A stretch of 64,000 nucleotides of DNA from Steroidobacteraceae bacterium (GTDB lineage Bacteria > Pseudomonadota > Gammaproteobacteria > Steroidobacterales > Steroidobacteraceae): positions 2,456,300-2,520,299 of the forward strand of contig JASGIC010000001.1 in assembly GCA_047602045.1 (NCBI GenBank). The letters run 5' to 3'. Below, piece after piece: positions 1-9,747 of the stretch; position 1 is the stretch's first letter, and the number at the start of each line of letters is the position of its first letter. Made by a program: the position numbers and the translations under genes. The notes under the pieces are model-generated. The model saw only the letters and a list, made by a program, of their open reading frames with translations. It ran no database searches and was not told the origin of the DNA.

Positions 1-14
1 GCTCCTGTTGGGGA

Positions 15-983
15 TCAGTCGCCCGGCGTCAGGATCAGATCGGCCAGTGCCTGCGCATGATCGAGTCGGGCGTTGAGTGCCGGGACATATTGATAGCTCT
101 GGCCGCCGGCGGCAAGGAAATCGGCGCGGCCTTCCTGGCTGATTTCTTCCAGCGTCTCCAGGCAATCCACGGCGAAGCCGGGGCAGATCACGGCGAGGTC
201 GCGCACACCGCGGCCAGGCAGTTCATGCAGCAGCGTGCTGGTGGCCGGCTCTAGCCAGCGCGCGCTGCCGAAGCGCGACTGGAAGCTCGGCAGCCATTCG
301 TCGGCGCGCAGTTCGAGTGCGGCGGCCAGCTGGGCCGCGGTGGCGCGGCACTGGCGTTCATAGGCGTCGCCGGCTGCGACATAACTCTGCGGGATGCCAT
401 GGAAGGACATCAGCAGTTGCTGGCTGCGGCCATGCCGGTTCCAGTGTTCGCGCACGCTGTTGGCCAGCGCGCGGATGTAGCCGGCGTTGGCGTGATAGTC
501 GCCGATGATGCGCAGATCGGGAAAGGCGCGCCAGGCACGCGCTGCCAGGCCGAGCTGATCGAACACTGCTCCGGTGGTCGAGCCGCTGGCCTGCGGATAC
601 AGGGGCACGGCCACGATGCGCGTGGCGCCGGCGTCGCGCAGTTTCTGCAGCGCCTGCGGCAGCAGCGGACGCGAGTACAGGAAGCCATGCTCCACCGCCA
701 CATCGCCGGCGCAGCGCGCCTCGAGTTCCTGCTCCAGCGCGGCCCGCAGCTGCTCGCTGTGCACGGCCAGCGGCGAGCCGCCGTCCATCCAGATGCTGCG
801 ATACTTGCGCGCACTGCGCGGCGAGCGCAGCGGCAGGATCAGGCCGTTGAGCAACAGCAGCCACGGCAGGCGCGGCAGCTCCACCACGCGTGGGTCGGAG
901 AGGAAGCGGCGCAGGAAGTCGCGTACCTGGGCGGAACGCGGGGCATCCGGCGTGCCGGTGTTGACGAGTAGAACGCCGAGCAT
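15..983 (-). CDS. hemH: ferrochelatase
   Basis: 322-aa ORF. N-terminus MLGVLLVNTGTPDAP...VRDFLRRFLSDPRVVE and length are typical of bacterial HemH. Confidence 0.92.
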   Translation of the reverse strand: MLGVLLVNTGTPDAPRSAQVRDFLRRFLSDPRVVELPRLPWLLLLNGLILPLRSPRSARKYRSIWMDGGSPLAVHSEQLRAALEQELEARCAGDVAVEHGFLYSRPLLPQALQKLRDAGATRIVAVPLYPQASGSTTGAVFDQLGLAARAWRAFPDLRIIGDYHANAGYIRALANSVREHWNRHGRSQQLLMSFHGIPQSYVAAGDAYERQCRATAAQLAAALELRADEWLPSFQSRFGSARWLEPATSTLLHELPGRGVRDLAVICPGFAVDCLETLEEISQEGRADFLAAGGQSYQYVPALNARLDHAQALADLILTPGD

Positions 984-1008
984 CCCCCATCCTAACCGTT
1001 AACGGACA

Positions 1009-2463
1009 CTAGGCGATGCCGCCGAAGCACAGGTACTTCAGTTCGGTGTAATCGAGGATGCCGTACCTGGAGCCTTCGCGGCCGAAGCCCGATTCCTTGA
1101 TGCCGCCGAAGGGCGCCACCTCGGTGGAGATCAGCCCGGTGTTCAGGCCCACGATGCCGTATTCCAGCGCTTCGGAGACGCGCCAGGCGCGTGCCAGATC
1201 GCGCGTGTACAGATAGGAGGCGAGACCGAACTCGGTGTCATTGGCCATGGCGATGGCTTCCGCTTCGGTCTCGAAGCGAAACAGCGGCGCCACCGGGCCG
1301 AAAGTCTCTTCACGGGCCAGCAGCATGCTGCGATTGGCCTCGCGGATCACCGTGGGTTCGAAGAAGGTGCCGCCCAGTCCGTGCGGATGACCACCGGTGA
1401 GCAGCTTGCCGCCCTTGGCGAGCGCATCGGCCACGTGCTCGCGCACCTTGCGCAGCGCGGCCTGGTCGATCAGCGGTCCCTGATCCGTCACGCCGGCCAG
1501 ACCATCGCCGACACGCAGCCGCGCCACCGCCTGCGTCAGGCGCTGGCAGAAGTCCTCGTAGAGGCCGGCCTGCACCAGCAGGCGGTTGGCGCATACGCAG
1601 GTCTGGCCGGTGTTGCGGAACTTGCTGGCCAGCGCGCCCTGGATGGCGGCGTCGATGTCCGCATCGTCGAACACGATGAAGGGCGCATTGCCGCCCAGCT
1701 CCAGCGACAGTTTCTTCAGCGTACCGGCGCTCTGCGCCATCAGCTTCTTGCCCACTTCGGTCGAGCCGGTGAAGCTCAGCTTGCGCACGGTGGGGTTGCT
1801 GGTCATCTCGGCACCGATTTGCGTGGCGCTGCCGGTGATGACGTTGAACACCCCTGGTGGTATGCCGGCACGCGCGGCGAGTTCGGCCATCGCCAGTGCC
1901 GACAGCGGCGTCTGCATGGCCGGCTTGCTGACCACGGTGCAGCCGGCGGCCAGCGCTGGTGCCACCTTGCGCGTGATCATGGCCGCGGGAAAGTTCCACG
2001 GCGTGATGGTGGCCACCACGCCGACTGGCTGGCGGATGACGACGATGCGCTTGTCGGGCTGATGGCCGGGGATCACATCGCCGTAGACGCGGCGCGCTTC
2101 CTCCGCGAACCATTCGATATAGCCGGCCGCATAGGCGATCTCGCCCCTGGATTCCGCCAGCGGCTTGCCCTGCTCGGCCGTCATCAGCCTGGCCAGATCC
2201 TCCTGGTTGGCCATCATCAGATCGAACCAGCGCCGCAGGATCACGCCCCGTTCGCGCGCGCTCAGCGCTGCCCAGCCCTTGAAGGCGGCGCGCGCCGCTG
2301 CGATGGCGGCGCGCGTTTCAGCCGTATCGAGGCTCGGCACCTGCGCGAGTTGCGCGCCGGTGGCCGGATTGGTCACGGCCACGCGCCTGCCGCTGGCGGC
2401 TGCGATCCACTGGCCGTTCACGTAGCACTGCTCGCGCAACAGGTTGCGGTCAGTCAGTTGCAT
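1009..2463 (-). CDS. gabD: NAD(P)+-dependent succinate-semialdehyde dehydrogenase (aldehyde dehydrogenase family)
   Basis: 484 aa. Aldehyde dehydrogenase motifs are present (ELGGNAPFIVFDDAD, FRNTGQTCVCANR). The N-terminus resembles GabD. Confidence 0.88.
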   Translation of the reverse strand: MQLTDRNLLREQCYVNGQWIAAASGRRVAVTNPATGAQLAQVPSLDTAETRAAIAAARAAFKGWAALSARERGVILRRWFDLMMANQEDLARLMTAEQGKPLAESRGEIAYAAGYIEWFAEEARRVYGDVIPGHQPDKRIVVIRQPVGVVATITPWNFPAAMITRKVAPALAAGCTVVSKPAMQTPLSALAMAELAARAGIPPGVFNVITGSATQIGAEMTSNPTVRKLSFTGSTEVGKKLMAQSAGTLKKLSLELGGNAPFIVFDDADIDAAIQGALASKFRNTGQTCVCANRLLVQAGLYEDFCQRLTQAVARLRVGDGLAGVTDQGPLIDQAALRKVREHVADALAKGGKLLTGGHPHGLGGTFFEPTVIREANRSMLLAREETFGPVAPLFRFETEAEAIAMANDTEFGLASYLYTRDLARAWRVSEALEYGIVGLNTGLISTEVAPFGGIKESGFGREGSRYGILDYTELKYLCFGGIA

Positions 2464-2516
2464 GATCGGCTCCTCGCGTCATCGCGCTCGACAGAAGGAC
2501 AATCGACAGCTGTGCT

Positions 2517-3188
2517 TCAGCCCAGCTGCCGATGCAGGAATTCCTGCGTGCGCTGCCAGGCCAGCGCCGAGCTGGGCGCATCGTAGACCGGGCGCAGGTT
2601 GCAGTTGAAACCGTGCCTGGCCGGATAGATGTGAAACTCGCCGCGCGGGAACAGCAGGCGCGTCTTCTCGACGTCGGCCAGCGGGATGCTGTCGTCCTGC
2701 GCGCCGAAGTGCAGCAGCATGGGCACGGCCGGCACGCCATCGAGGTGTTCGCCGATGCGACTGGCGTAGTACGCGACCGCTGCCTGGATGGGCAGTGTGC
2801 GCGCCGCGATCCAGGCGAGCTGGCCGCCCCAGCAGAACCCCACCAGCGCCACGCGGCCCGCGTGTTTGACCACGTTGACCGCCGCGGCGATGTCGGCCAG
2901 CGCGTCCTCGCGCTTCACCTGCATGGCATAGCCACGTGCCTGCTGGAAGGTTTCCGGTCCGTAGCCCAGCTCGATGTTGCGGCCGACGCGATCGAACAGC
3001 GCCGGCGCAATGGCCAGATAGCCTGCTGCAGCATATTGCTCGGTGACCGCGCGGATATGCACGTTGACACCGAAGATCTCCTGCAGCACCACCACGGCGC
3101 CGCGTGGCGTACCGCTGGGCTTGACCAGATAGGCCGCGAACTGATGGCCGTCGCGTGCCATCAGAGTTTCCCATTGTCCGTTGCTCAT
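2517..3188 (-). CDS. dienelactone hydrolase family protein (carboxymethylenebutenolidase-like)
   Basis: 223 aa. VVVLQEIFGVN...GFCWGG pattern is characteristic of the DLH family. Confidence 0.82.
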   Translation of the reverse strand: MSNGQWETLMARDGHQFAAYLVKPSGTPRGAVVVLQEIFGVNVHIRAVTEQYAAAGYLAIAPALFDRVGRNIELGYGPETFQQARGYAMQVKREDALADIAAAVNVVKHAGRVALVGFCWGGQLAWIAARTLPIQAAVAYYASRIGEHLDGVPAVPMLLHFGAQDDSIPLADVEKTRLLFPRGEFHIYPARHGFNCNLRPVYDAPSSALAWQRTQEFLHRQLG

Positions 3189-3221
3189 GCTGATATTCCC
3201 CGGTGGCTGGCGGCCCGGATG

Positions 3222-3590
3222 TCAGGCGCCCAGGTAGGCGTCGGCTTCGATCTCGACGGCAATCTCCGGCGCGATCAGCTTGCGCACTTCGACCATGGTG
3301 GTGGCCGGGCGGATGTCCTTGAAGAACTCGCCATGCGCCTTGCCCACCAGCTCCCAGTTGCCGATGTCGGTGACGTAGATGCGCGTGCGCACCACCTGCG
3401 CGAGGCTGGCGCCTGCGGTCTGCAGCGCCGCCTCGATCTTGCGCAGGCATTGCAGCGTCTGCTCGTAGTTGTCGCCGCTGCCGTCCGAGGCGGTGCCGGA
3501 GACGTGCAGGTAGTCGCCCACCTTGACCGAGCGCGAATAGCCGACGATGGGTTCCCAGCTGGAGCCGGAGGAGAAATTCTGACGTGCCAT
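3222..3590 (-). CDS. RidA/YjgF/L-PSP family protein
   Basis: 122 aa. Small-protein pattern (YLHVSGT..., ...RIYVTD...VEIEADA) is typical of the Rid family. Confidence 0.78.
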   Translation of the reverse strand: MARQNFSSGSSWEPIVGYSRSVKVGDYLHVSGTASDGSGDNYEQTLQCLRKIEAALQTAGASLAQVVRTRIYVTDIGNWELVGKAHGEFFKDIRPATTMVEVRKLIAPEIAVEIEADAYLGA

Positions 3591-3626
3591 GTGTCTGCAG
3601 TTCCTGAAACGAAATGAACGGAAAAA

Positions 3627-4919
3627 TCAGGCGCGCTCGAGAATCGCCGAGACACCCATGCCGCCGGCGGTGCACACCGAAATGAGGCCGCGTTTCGCGC
3701 TGCTGTCATTGGCCAGCAGCTTGGCGAGCGAGGCGACGATGCGCGCGCCGGTGGCGCCGAAGGGATGGCCGATGGCGACGCTGCCGCCTTTGACGTTCAT
3801 CCTGCTGCGATCGATGCTGCCCATGGCGCGCTCGCGGCCCAGGCGCGTGCGGCAATACTCATCCGATTCCCATGCGCGCAGCGTGCACAGCGCCTGCGCC
3901 GCGAAGGCTTCGTGGATCTCGTAGTAGTCGAAGTCCTGCAGCGTCAGGTTCATGTCCTGCAGCATGGCGGATACCGCGTACACCGGCGCCATCAGCAATC
4001 CTTCCTGGCCGGAGGCGAAATCCACGGCCCAGCTCTTGCCCGCCGTGATCCAGGCCTGGACGGGCAGGTTGTGCGCACGTGCCCAGTCTTCCGAGGCCAG
4101 CAGCACCGCGGCCGCACCGTCGGTCAGCGGCGTGCTGTTGCCGGCCGTCAACGTGCCGGCGGGACTGCGGTCGAACACCGTGCGCAACTGCGCCAGCTTC
4201 TCCATCGACGTGTCGGCGCGCACGTTGTTGTCGGTCTTCAGGCCCATGAAGGGTGCAACCAGATCCTGGTAAAAGCCGCTTTCCCAGGCTGCCGTGGCCT
4301 TCAGGTGGCTTTCCAGTGCCAGCTGATCCTGCTCCTTGCGGCTGACCTGCCAGGTCTTGGCCATGATCTCGCAGCTCTGGCCCATCGACAGGCCCGTGCG
4401 CGGCTCGACCACGCCCGGCAGCACCGGCTTCAGATCGCGCAGGCGCAGACCCAGCCAGGGTTTGAAGCGCTCCCAGGCGGTACGACCGCGATAGCTTTCC
4501 AGCAGGCGGTCACGGTACGAGCCCGGAAACACGACGGGCGGATCGCTCATCGCCTCGCTGCCGGCGGCAATGCCCACGTCGATCTGGCCCAGCGCGATCT
4601 TGTTTGCGACCAGGATGGCCGCTTCCAGGCTGGTGCCGCAGGCGCGCTGGATGTCCAGGCCCGGCGTCTGCGGATGCAGACCGCTGGACAGCACCGCCTC
4701 ACGTACCAGATTGAAGTCGCGTGAATGCTTGATGACCGCGCCGGCCACCACGTCGCCCAGCCGCTGGCCCTGCAGCGAGTAGCGTTCGACCACGGCGCGC
4801 AGCGAAGCCGTCAGCAGCTCCGGATTGCCTGCCTTGGCATAGGCACCGTAGGAGCGCGCGAACGGTGTGCGCGAGCCACCGATGACGGCCACCCTACGGG
4901 GACTGTTTCCTACCAGCAT
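3627..4919 (-). CDS. acetyl-CoA C-acyl/acetyltransferase (thiolase)
   Basis: Thiolase motifs are present (RVAVIGGSRTPFARSYGAY, C-terminal GGSVAIGHPFGATGAR, CTAGGMG). The start was trimmed from the track ORF (5063) to the internal ATG at 4919 (MLVGNSPRRVAV...). The upstream extension looks non-coding. Confidence 0.87.
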   Translation of the reverse strand: MLVGNSPRRVAVIGGSRTPFARSYGAYAKAGNPELLTASLRAVVERYSLQGQRLGDVVAGAVIKHSRDFNLVREAVLSSGLHPQTPGLDIQRACGTSLEAAILVANKIALGQIDVGIAAGSEAMSDPPVVFPGSYRDRLLESYRGRTAWERFKPWLGLRLRDLKPVLPGVVEPRTGLSMGQSCEIMAKTWQVSRKEQDQLALESHLKATAAWESGFYQDLVAPFMGLKTDNNVRADTSMEKLAQLRTVFDRSPAGTLTAGNSTPLTDGAAAVLLASEDWARAHNLPVQAWITAGKSWAVDFASGQEGLLMAPVYAVSAMLQDMNLTLQDFDYYEIHEAFAAQALCTLRAWESDEYCRTRLGRERAMGSIDRSRMNVKGGSVAIGHPFGATGARIVASLAKLLANDSSAKRGLISVCTAGGMGVSAILERA

Positions 4920-5089
4920 GCGAGACCTCCACGAACAGGGCTCCTCGGCCGCCAAGCATGCCACGATGGGCCGACCCAGACTATGGCAAGGGCGGAAGCG
5001 ATTGCTTCGACTCGAGGTTGGCGTGCAAGATGCCCGCCCCCCGCCGTCTCGGCCGCGGGTCACCGCAGCTCAAGGAGTCCATTGGCGCC

Positions 5090-6673
5090 ATGCCCGGTTC
5101 GGCGATCGATCGTGTTCTGGAGCGGCGCCTGGCGGCTCTGGTCAACAGCCGCGAGTCGCGGCCGTTCGCCCAGGCGCGTCGCGGCCTGGAGAAGGAGTCG
5201 CTGCGTGTGACGCCGGGCGGACGGGTGGCGCGCAGTCCGCACCCGCGCGCGCTGGGTTCGGCGCTGACGCATCCGGCCATCACGACGGATTTCTCCGAGG
5301 CGCTGATCGAGCTGGTTACGCCGACGTTCACCAGCAACAGCGACCTGCAGGCCTACCTCGCCGATCTGCACAGCTTCGTGCACGCGAATCTCGACGAAGA
5401 GGTGCTATGGGCCAGCTCCATGCCCTGCGAGCTGGCCGGCGATGCGGATGTGCCGCTGGCGCAGTATGGCCGTTCGCACAGCGGCTTCTTCAAGCATGTG
5501 TATCGCCGCGGCCTGCTCAATCGCTACGGCGGCATGATGCAGGCCATCGCCGGCGTGCATTTCAACTACTCGTTTCCGAAGTCGTTCTGGCCGGTGTTCG
5601 CGGCGCTCTGCCAGTCGCGCGATGAGGGGCAATCCTTCATCTCGGCCAGCTACTTCGCCCTGCTGCGCAATTTCCGCCGCCATGGCTGGCTGCTGGCGCA
5701 TCTGTTCGGCGCCTCGCCGGCGCTGTGCCGCTCGTTCCTCACCGGCAGCGATCTGGCCGGCCTCGAACTGCTCGACGCCGCCAGCGTGGGTTCGCATCAG
5801 GCCACTTCGCTGCGCATGAGCGATGTGGGTTACCGCAACCGCAATCAGGCCGGCGTGGAGGTCAGCGTCAATCGCATCGAGGACTACATCCGCGATCTGC
5901 GCCGCGCCACGCACACCCTGCATCCGGCCTTCCAGGCGCTGGGCGTGAAGGTCGATGGCGAATACCGTCAGCTCAATGCCAACGTGCTGCAGATCGAAAA
6001 CGAGTTCTACAGTTCCATCCGCCCCAAGCGCGTGGCGCACAGCGGTGAGCGCGTACTGGCGGCGCTGGCACGCGGCGGTGTCGAATACATCGAAGTGCGC
6101 GCGCTGGATCTGAATCCCTTCGAGCCCACTGGCGTGGCGCTCGAGGAGTTGCAGATCGTCGAGGCGCTGCTGGTACTGCTGATGCTGATGGATGGCGCAC
6201 CGATCGAATCCGCCGAACAGGCCGAACTGGATGCGAATGCGCTGGCGGTGGCGCGTCATGGCCGCAATCCGCAGCTGCAGCTCAAACGCGATGGTCGGCC
6301 CATCCTGCTGCGCGACTGGGTCGCCGAACTCATGGAGGGACTGCAGGCCGCCTGCGAACTGCTCGATGGCGCCGATGCCGAACGGCCCTACTCGCGTGCT
6401 CTGCAGCCGTGGCTCGATCCGGCGTATCGTGCGGCACGCCTGCCAGCGGCGCGCTGGCTGGAGGCGATGCGCAGCGAACGGGTCAGCTTCGTGGAGCTGG
6501 CGCAGGTGTGGTCGCGCCGTCATCGCCAGCATTTCATGCAGCATGCGATGGCTGCAGGCCGGCGCGAGGCTTTTGCGCATCAGGTTGAGGAATCGCTCGA
6601 GGCGCAGGCCGAACTCGAGGCGCGCGAGCGTGGCAGCTTCGAGGACTACCTGCAGCGCGCCTTCGCGGACTAG
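5090..6673 (+). CDS. gshA: glutamate--cysteine ligase
   Basis: About 527 aa after trimming to the ATG at 5090, with AAGGAG at 5072-5077. Proteobacterial GshA-like sequence (RGLEKESLRV...HPAITTDFSEALIELVTP). Confidence 0.9.
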   Translation: MPGSAIDRVLERRLAALVNSRESRPFAQARRGLEKESLRVTPGGRVARSPHPRALGSALTHPAITTDFSEALIELVTPTFTSNSDLQAYLADLHSFVHANLDEEVLWASSMPCELAGDADVPLAQYGRSHSGFFKHVYRRGLLNRYGGMMQAIAGVHFNYSFPKSFWPVFAALCQSRDEGQSFISASYFALLRNFRRHGWLLAHLFGASPALCRSFLTGSDLAGLELLDAASVGSHQATSLRMSDVGYRNRNQAGVEVSVNRIEDYIRDLRRATHTLHPAFQALGVKVDGEYRQLNANVLQIENEFYSSIRPKRVAHSGERVLAALARGGVEYIEVRALDLNPFEPTGVALEELQIVEALLVLLMLMDGAPIESAEQAELDANALAVARHGRNPQLQLKRDGRPILLRDWVAELMEGLQAACELLDGADAERPYSRALQPWLDPAYRAARLPAARWLEAMRSERVSFVELAQVWSRRHRQHFMQHAMAAGRREAFAHQVEESLEAQAELEARERGSFEDYLQRAFAD

Positions 6674-7249
<576 letters not shown>

Positions 7250-7263
7250 GGCCTTCCATCCCC

Positions 7264-7315
7264 CCAAACGGCCCGGTTCCTGCCCTTTTCGGGGGCAGGC
7301 ATCGGGCCGGTTTGG
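7264..7315. terminator. nested stem-loop between convergent P-II and ilvH genes (putative bidirectional terminator)
   Basis: Outer arms are CCAAACGGCCCG (7264-7275) and CGGGCCGGTTTGG (7303-7315). Inner arms are CCTGCCC (7279-7285) and GGGCAGG (7293-7299). There is no clean U-tract, so terminator function is tentative. Confidence 0.5.
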
Positions 7316-7324
7316 TGAGGGAGG

Positions 7325-7837
7325 TCAGTTCCCGGTGGTTTCGACCAGGCGCAGCGCGGGTTCTCCGCGGCTCAGGCCCAGGGCACCGCTGCGAACCACT
7401 TCCAGCAGCTCCGCCTGCGCGGAAAGATCGCGCACGAAGCCATTCACTTCGGCCTCACTTCCCAGAAGTTCGACCACGAAGCAGTCCGTGGACGGGTCCA
7501 GCACCCGGCCGCCGGTGCGCACCACGTAGCCGCGCACGCCATCGCGCTGGGCGGCCGGCACCCGCAGCTTCAGCAGCACCAGCTCGCGCTCGATGTGCTC
7601 GCCCCGGGTCATGTCCTCGACGCTGACCACATCCACCAGCTTTTTCAATTGGTTGGTGATCTGCAGGATGACCGCATCCGAGCCGGTGGTGACCAGCGTC
7701 AGGCGCGAGACGGTCGGGTCGTCGGTGGTGGCCACCGACAGGGACTCGATGTTGTAGCCGCGGCTGGAGAACAGGCCCGCCACCCGGGTCAGGGCGCCGG
7801 CCTCGTTCTGCAGCAGGATTCCGATGATGTGTCGCAT
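7325..7837 (-). CDS. ilvH: acetolactate synthase (AHAS) small regulatory subunit
   Basis: 170 aa. MRHIIGILLQNEAGALTRVAGLFSSRGYNIESLSV... is a typical ACT-domain IlvH/IlvN. Confidence 0.92.
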   Translation of the reverse strand: MRHIIGILLQNEAGALTRVAGLFSSRGYNIESLSVATTDDPTVSRLTLVTTGSDAVILQITNQLKKLVDVVSVEDMTRGEHIERELVLLKLRVPAAQRDGVRGYVVRTGGRVLDPSTDCFVVELLGSEAEVNGFVRDLSAQAELLEVVRSGALGLSRGEPALRLVETTGN

Positions 7838-7896
7838 AGCGACTCAAGAATAGGGGGTTTTATGCCGCGGCGACAAGCTGTTACGCTTCCAAGACC

Positions 7897-9747
7897 ATGA
7901 GCGAAAAGACCAATCTGGCCCTGAAAAGCACCCATCCCCTGGCTGGCAAGTCCCTGAGCGGCGCGCAGATCGTCGTACAGGTGCTGGCGGACGAGGGTGT
8001 CGAGGCCATCTTTGGCTACAGCGGCGGCGCCATCCTGCCCACCTACGATGCCGTCTTCACCTTCAACGAGGAGCAGAAGAGCCGCAACGGGCGGCAGATC
8101 CCGCTGATCGTGCCCGCCAACGAGCAGGGCGCCGGCTTCATGGCCGCCGGTTATGCGCGCTCCACCGGCAAGGTGGGCGTGTGTCTGGTCACCTCCGGCC
8201 CCGGCGCCACCAATACCGTCACGCCGGTGCGCGACTGCATGGCCGACTCGGTGCCCATGGTCGTCATCTGCGGCCAGGTGCCCACTGCGGCCATTGGTAC
8301 CGATGCGTTCCAGGAAGCACCGGTGGCCGCCATCATGGGTTCGGTGGCCAAGCATGTGTTTCTGGTCACCGACCCGACGCGTCTGGAAGCCACCATTCGC
8401 AGCGCTTTCGAGATCGCGCGCAGTGGCCGCCCCGGTCCGGTGGTCATCGATCTGCCCAAGGACGTCCAGAACTGGAACGGCGTGTATTCGGGCAACGGCA
8501 CGCTGGCCATCCCCGGCTATCGCCAGCGCATGGCCGAACTCACCGCGCAGAGCCTCGGCGATGAGGCCGCCGCCGGTTTCTACCAACTGCTTGGTGACGC
8601 GCATCGGCCGCTGCTGTATGTCGGCGGCGGTGCCGTCAATGGCGATGCCGCCGCGGCGCTCAGCGAGTTCGCCGACCAGCTGGGCATTCCGGTGGTCACC
8701 ACGCTGATGGGCATCGGTGCCTACGACACCCTGCGGCCGCTGGCCATGCGCATGCTGGGCATGCACGGCGCGGCCTGCGCCAACTATGCGGTCGAGGACT
8801 GCGACTTCCTGATCACCGTGGGCGCGCGTTTCGACGATCGCGTTGCCGGTGATCCGAAGAAGTTCGCGCGCAATGCACGCCGCATCGTGCAGCTCGACAT
8901 CGACCCGGCCGAGATCAACAAGGTCAAGAACGTGCAGTGGAGCCACGTCGGCCTGCTGCCCGAAGCGCTGCGCGCGCTCAGCGCCTACGCGCGCCGGGAG
9001 CGCATCCAGCCGGACTTCTCCGCCTGGCATGCGCACTGCGCCGATCTGAAGGCGCGCTTTGCGATGAACTACAACCGCGACAGCGAGCTGGTGCAGCCGC
9101 ATTACCTGATCGAAGAGATCAACAAGCGCACCAGGGGCGAGGCCATCATCACCACCGGCGTCGGCCAGCACCAGATGTGGGCCGCGCAGATGTTCGATTT
9201 CAGGAAGCCGCGCCTGTGGCTCACCTCGGGCAGCATGGGCACCATGGGCTTCGGTCTGCCGGCGGCCGTGGGCGCGCAGGTGGCGAACCCGGACAAGCTG
9301 GTCATCGACATCGACGGCGACGCCAGCATCCGCATGAACATCGGCGAGCTGGAAACCGTCACCACCTACGATCTGCCCGTGAAGGTCGTGGTGCTGAACA
9401 ACTTCGGCGACGGCATGGTGCGCCAGTGGCAGAAGCTGTTCTTCATGAGCCGCTTCTCCGGCAGCGACAAGTCGCTGCACAAGAAGGATTTCGTCAAGGC
9501 GGCGCAGGCCGACGGTTTCGGCTGGGCGCGGCGCCTGGAGAAGAAGAGCGACGTCGCCCGGGTGGTCGAGGAATTCCTCGCCTGGCCCGGCGCGGCCTTT
9601 CTCGAAGTCATCATCGATCCGGAGGCCGGCGTATACCCGATGGTGGGGCCGGGCCTGGGCTACGATTCGATGATCACCGGCGATCACATCCCCTCGCGCG
9701 ATGCCGCCGAGGCTGCGCGCGTACTCGATCCGTCCGGGATGTTCTAG
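7897..9747 (+). CDS. ilvI: acetolactate synthase (AHAS) large catalytic subunit, biosynthetic type
   Basis: 616 aa ThDP enzyme (GYSGGAILP, GPGATN, GSMGTMGFGLPAA..., IDGDASIRMN). Confidence 0.92.
   Translation: MSEKTNLALKSTHPLAGKSLSGAQIVVQVLADEGVEAIFGYSGGAILPTYDAVFTFNEEQKSRNGRQIPLIVPANEQGAGFMAAGYARSTGKVGVCLVTSGPGATNTVTPVRDCMADSVPMVVICGQVPTAAIGTDAFQEAPVAAIMGSVAKHVFLVTDPTRLEATIRSAFEIARSGRPGPVVIDLPKDVQNWNGVYSGNGTLAIPGYRQRMAELTAQSLGDEAAAGFYQLLGDAHRPLLYVGGGAVNGDAAAALSEFADQLGIPVVTTLMGIGAYDTLRPLAMRMLGMHGAACANYAVEDCDFLITVGARFDDRVAGDPKKFARNARRIVQLDIDPAEINKVKNVQWSHVGLLPEALRALSAYARRERIQPDFSAWHAHCADLKARFAMNYNRDSELVQPHYLIEEINKRTRGEAIITTGVGQHQMWAAQMFDFRKPRLWLTSGSMGTMGFGLPAAVGAQVANPDKLVIDIDGDASIRMNIGELETVTTYDLPVKVVVLNNFGDGMVRQWQKLFFMSRFSGSDKSLHKKDFVKAAQADGFGWARRLEKKSDVARVVEEFLAWPGAAFLEVIIDPEAGVYPMVGPGLGYDSMITGDHIPSRDAAEAARVLDPSGMF

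Noticed and set aside
4920-5089. N-terminal extensions offered by the ORF track. Examples are the thiolase to 5063, gshA from 4958, P-II from 6773, ADH to 15458, SDR to 18596, fbp to 20180, uvrA-like to 40109 and the YnfA-like gene to 58233.
   Set aside because: The extensions overlap neighbouring genes or divergent promoter regions. They are Arg/Pro/Gly-rich and precede internal starts that match family N-termini or RBS positions. I used the shorter models.
7789-9687. 632-aa minus-strand ORF. Similar long antisense ORFs occur at 25815-28466, 29207-31120, 41629-43020, 43644-45287, 45810-47186, 58342-59760 and 59639-61978.
   Set aside because: Each lies opposite a gene with clear family motifs (ilvI, MFS/radical SAM, GGDEF-EAL, ygiQ, hrpB, TonB-dependent receptor). 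Each has low-complexity Arg/Ala/Gly/His-rich translations. I treat them as artefacts of GC-rich codon bias.
9744-9747. The convergent ilvI and Omp85-family genes share a CTAG, so the two TAG stop codons overlap on opposite strands.
   Set aside because: It is real in the sequence, but it is most likely a coincidence of compact gene packing. No functional implication can be supported.
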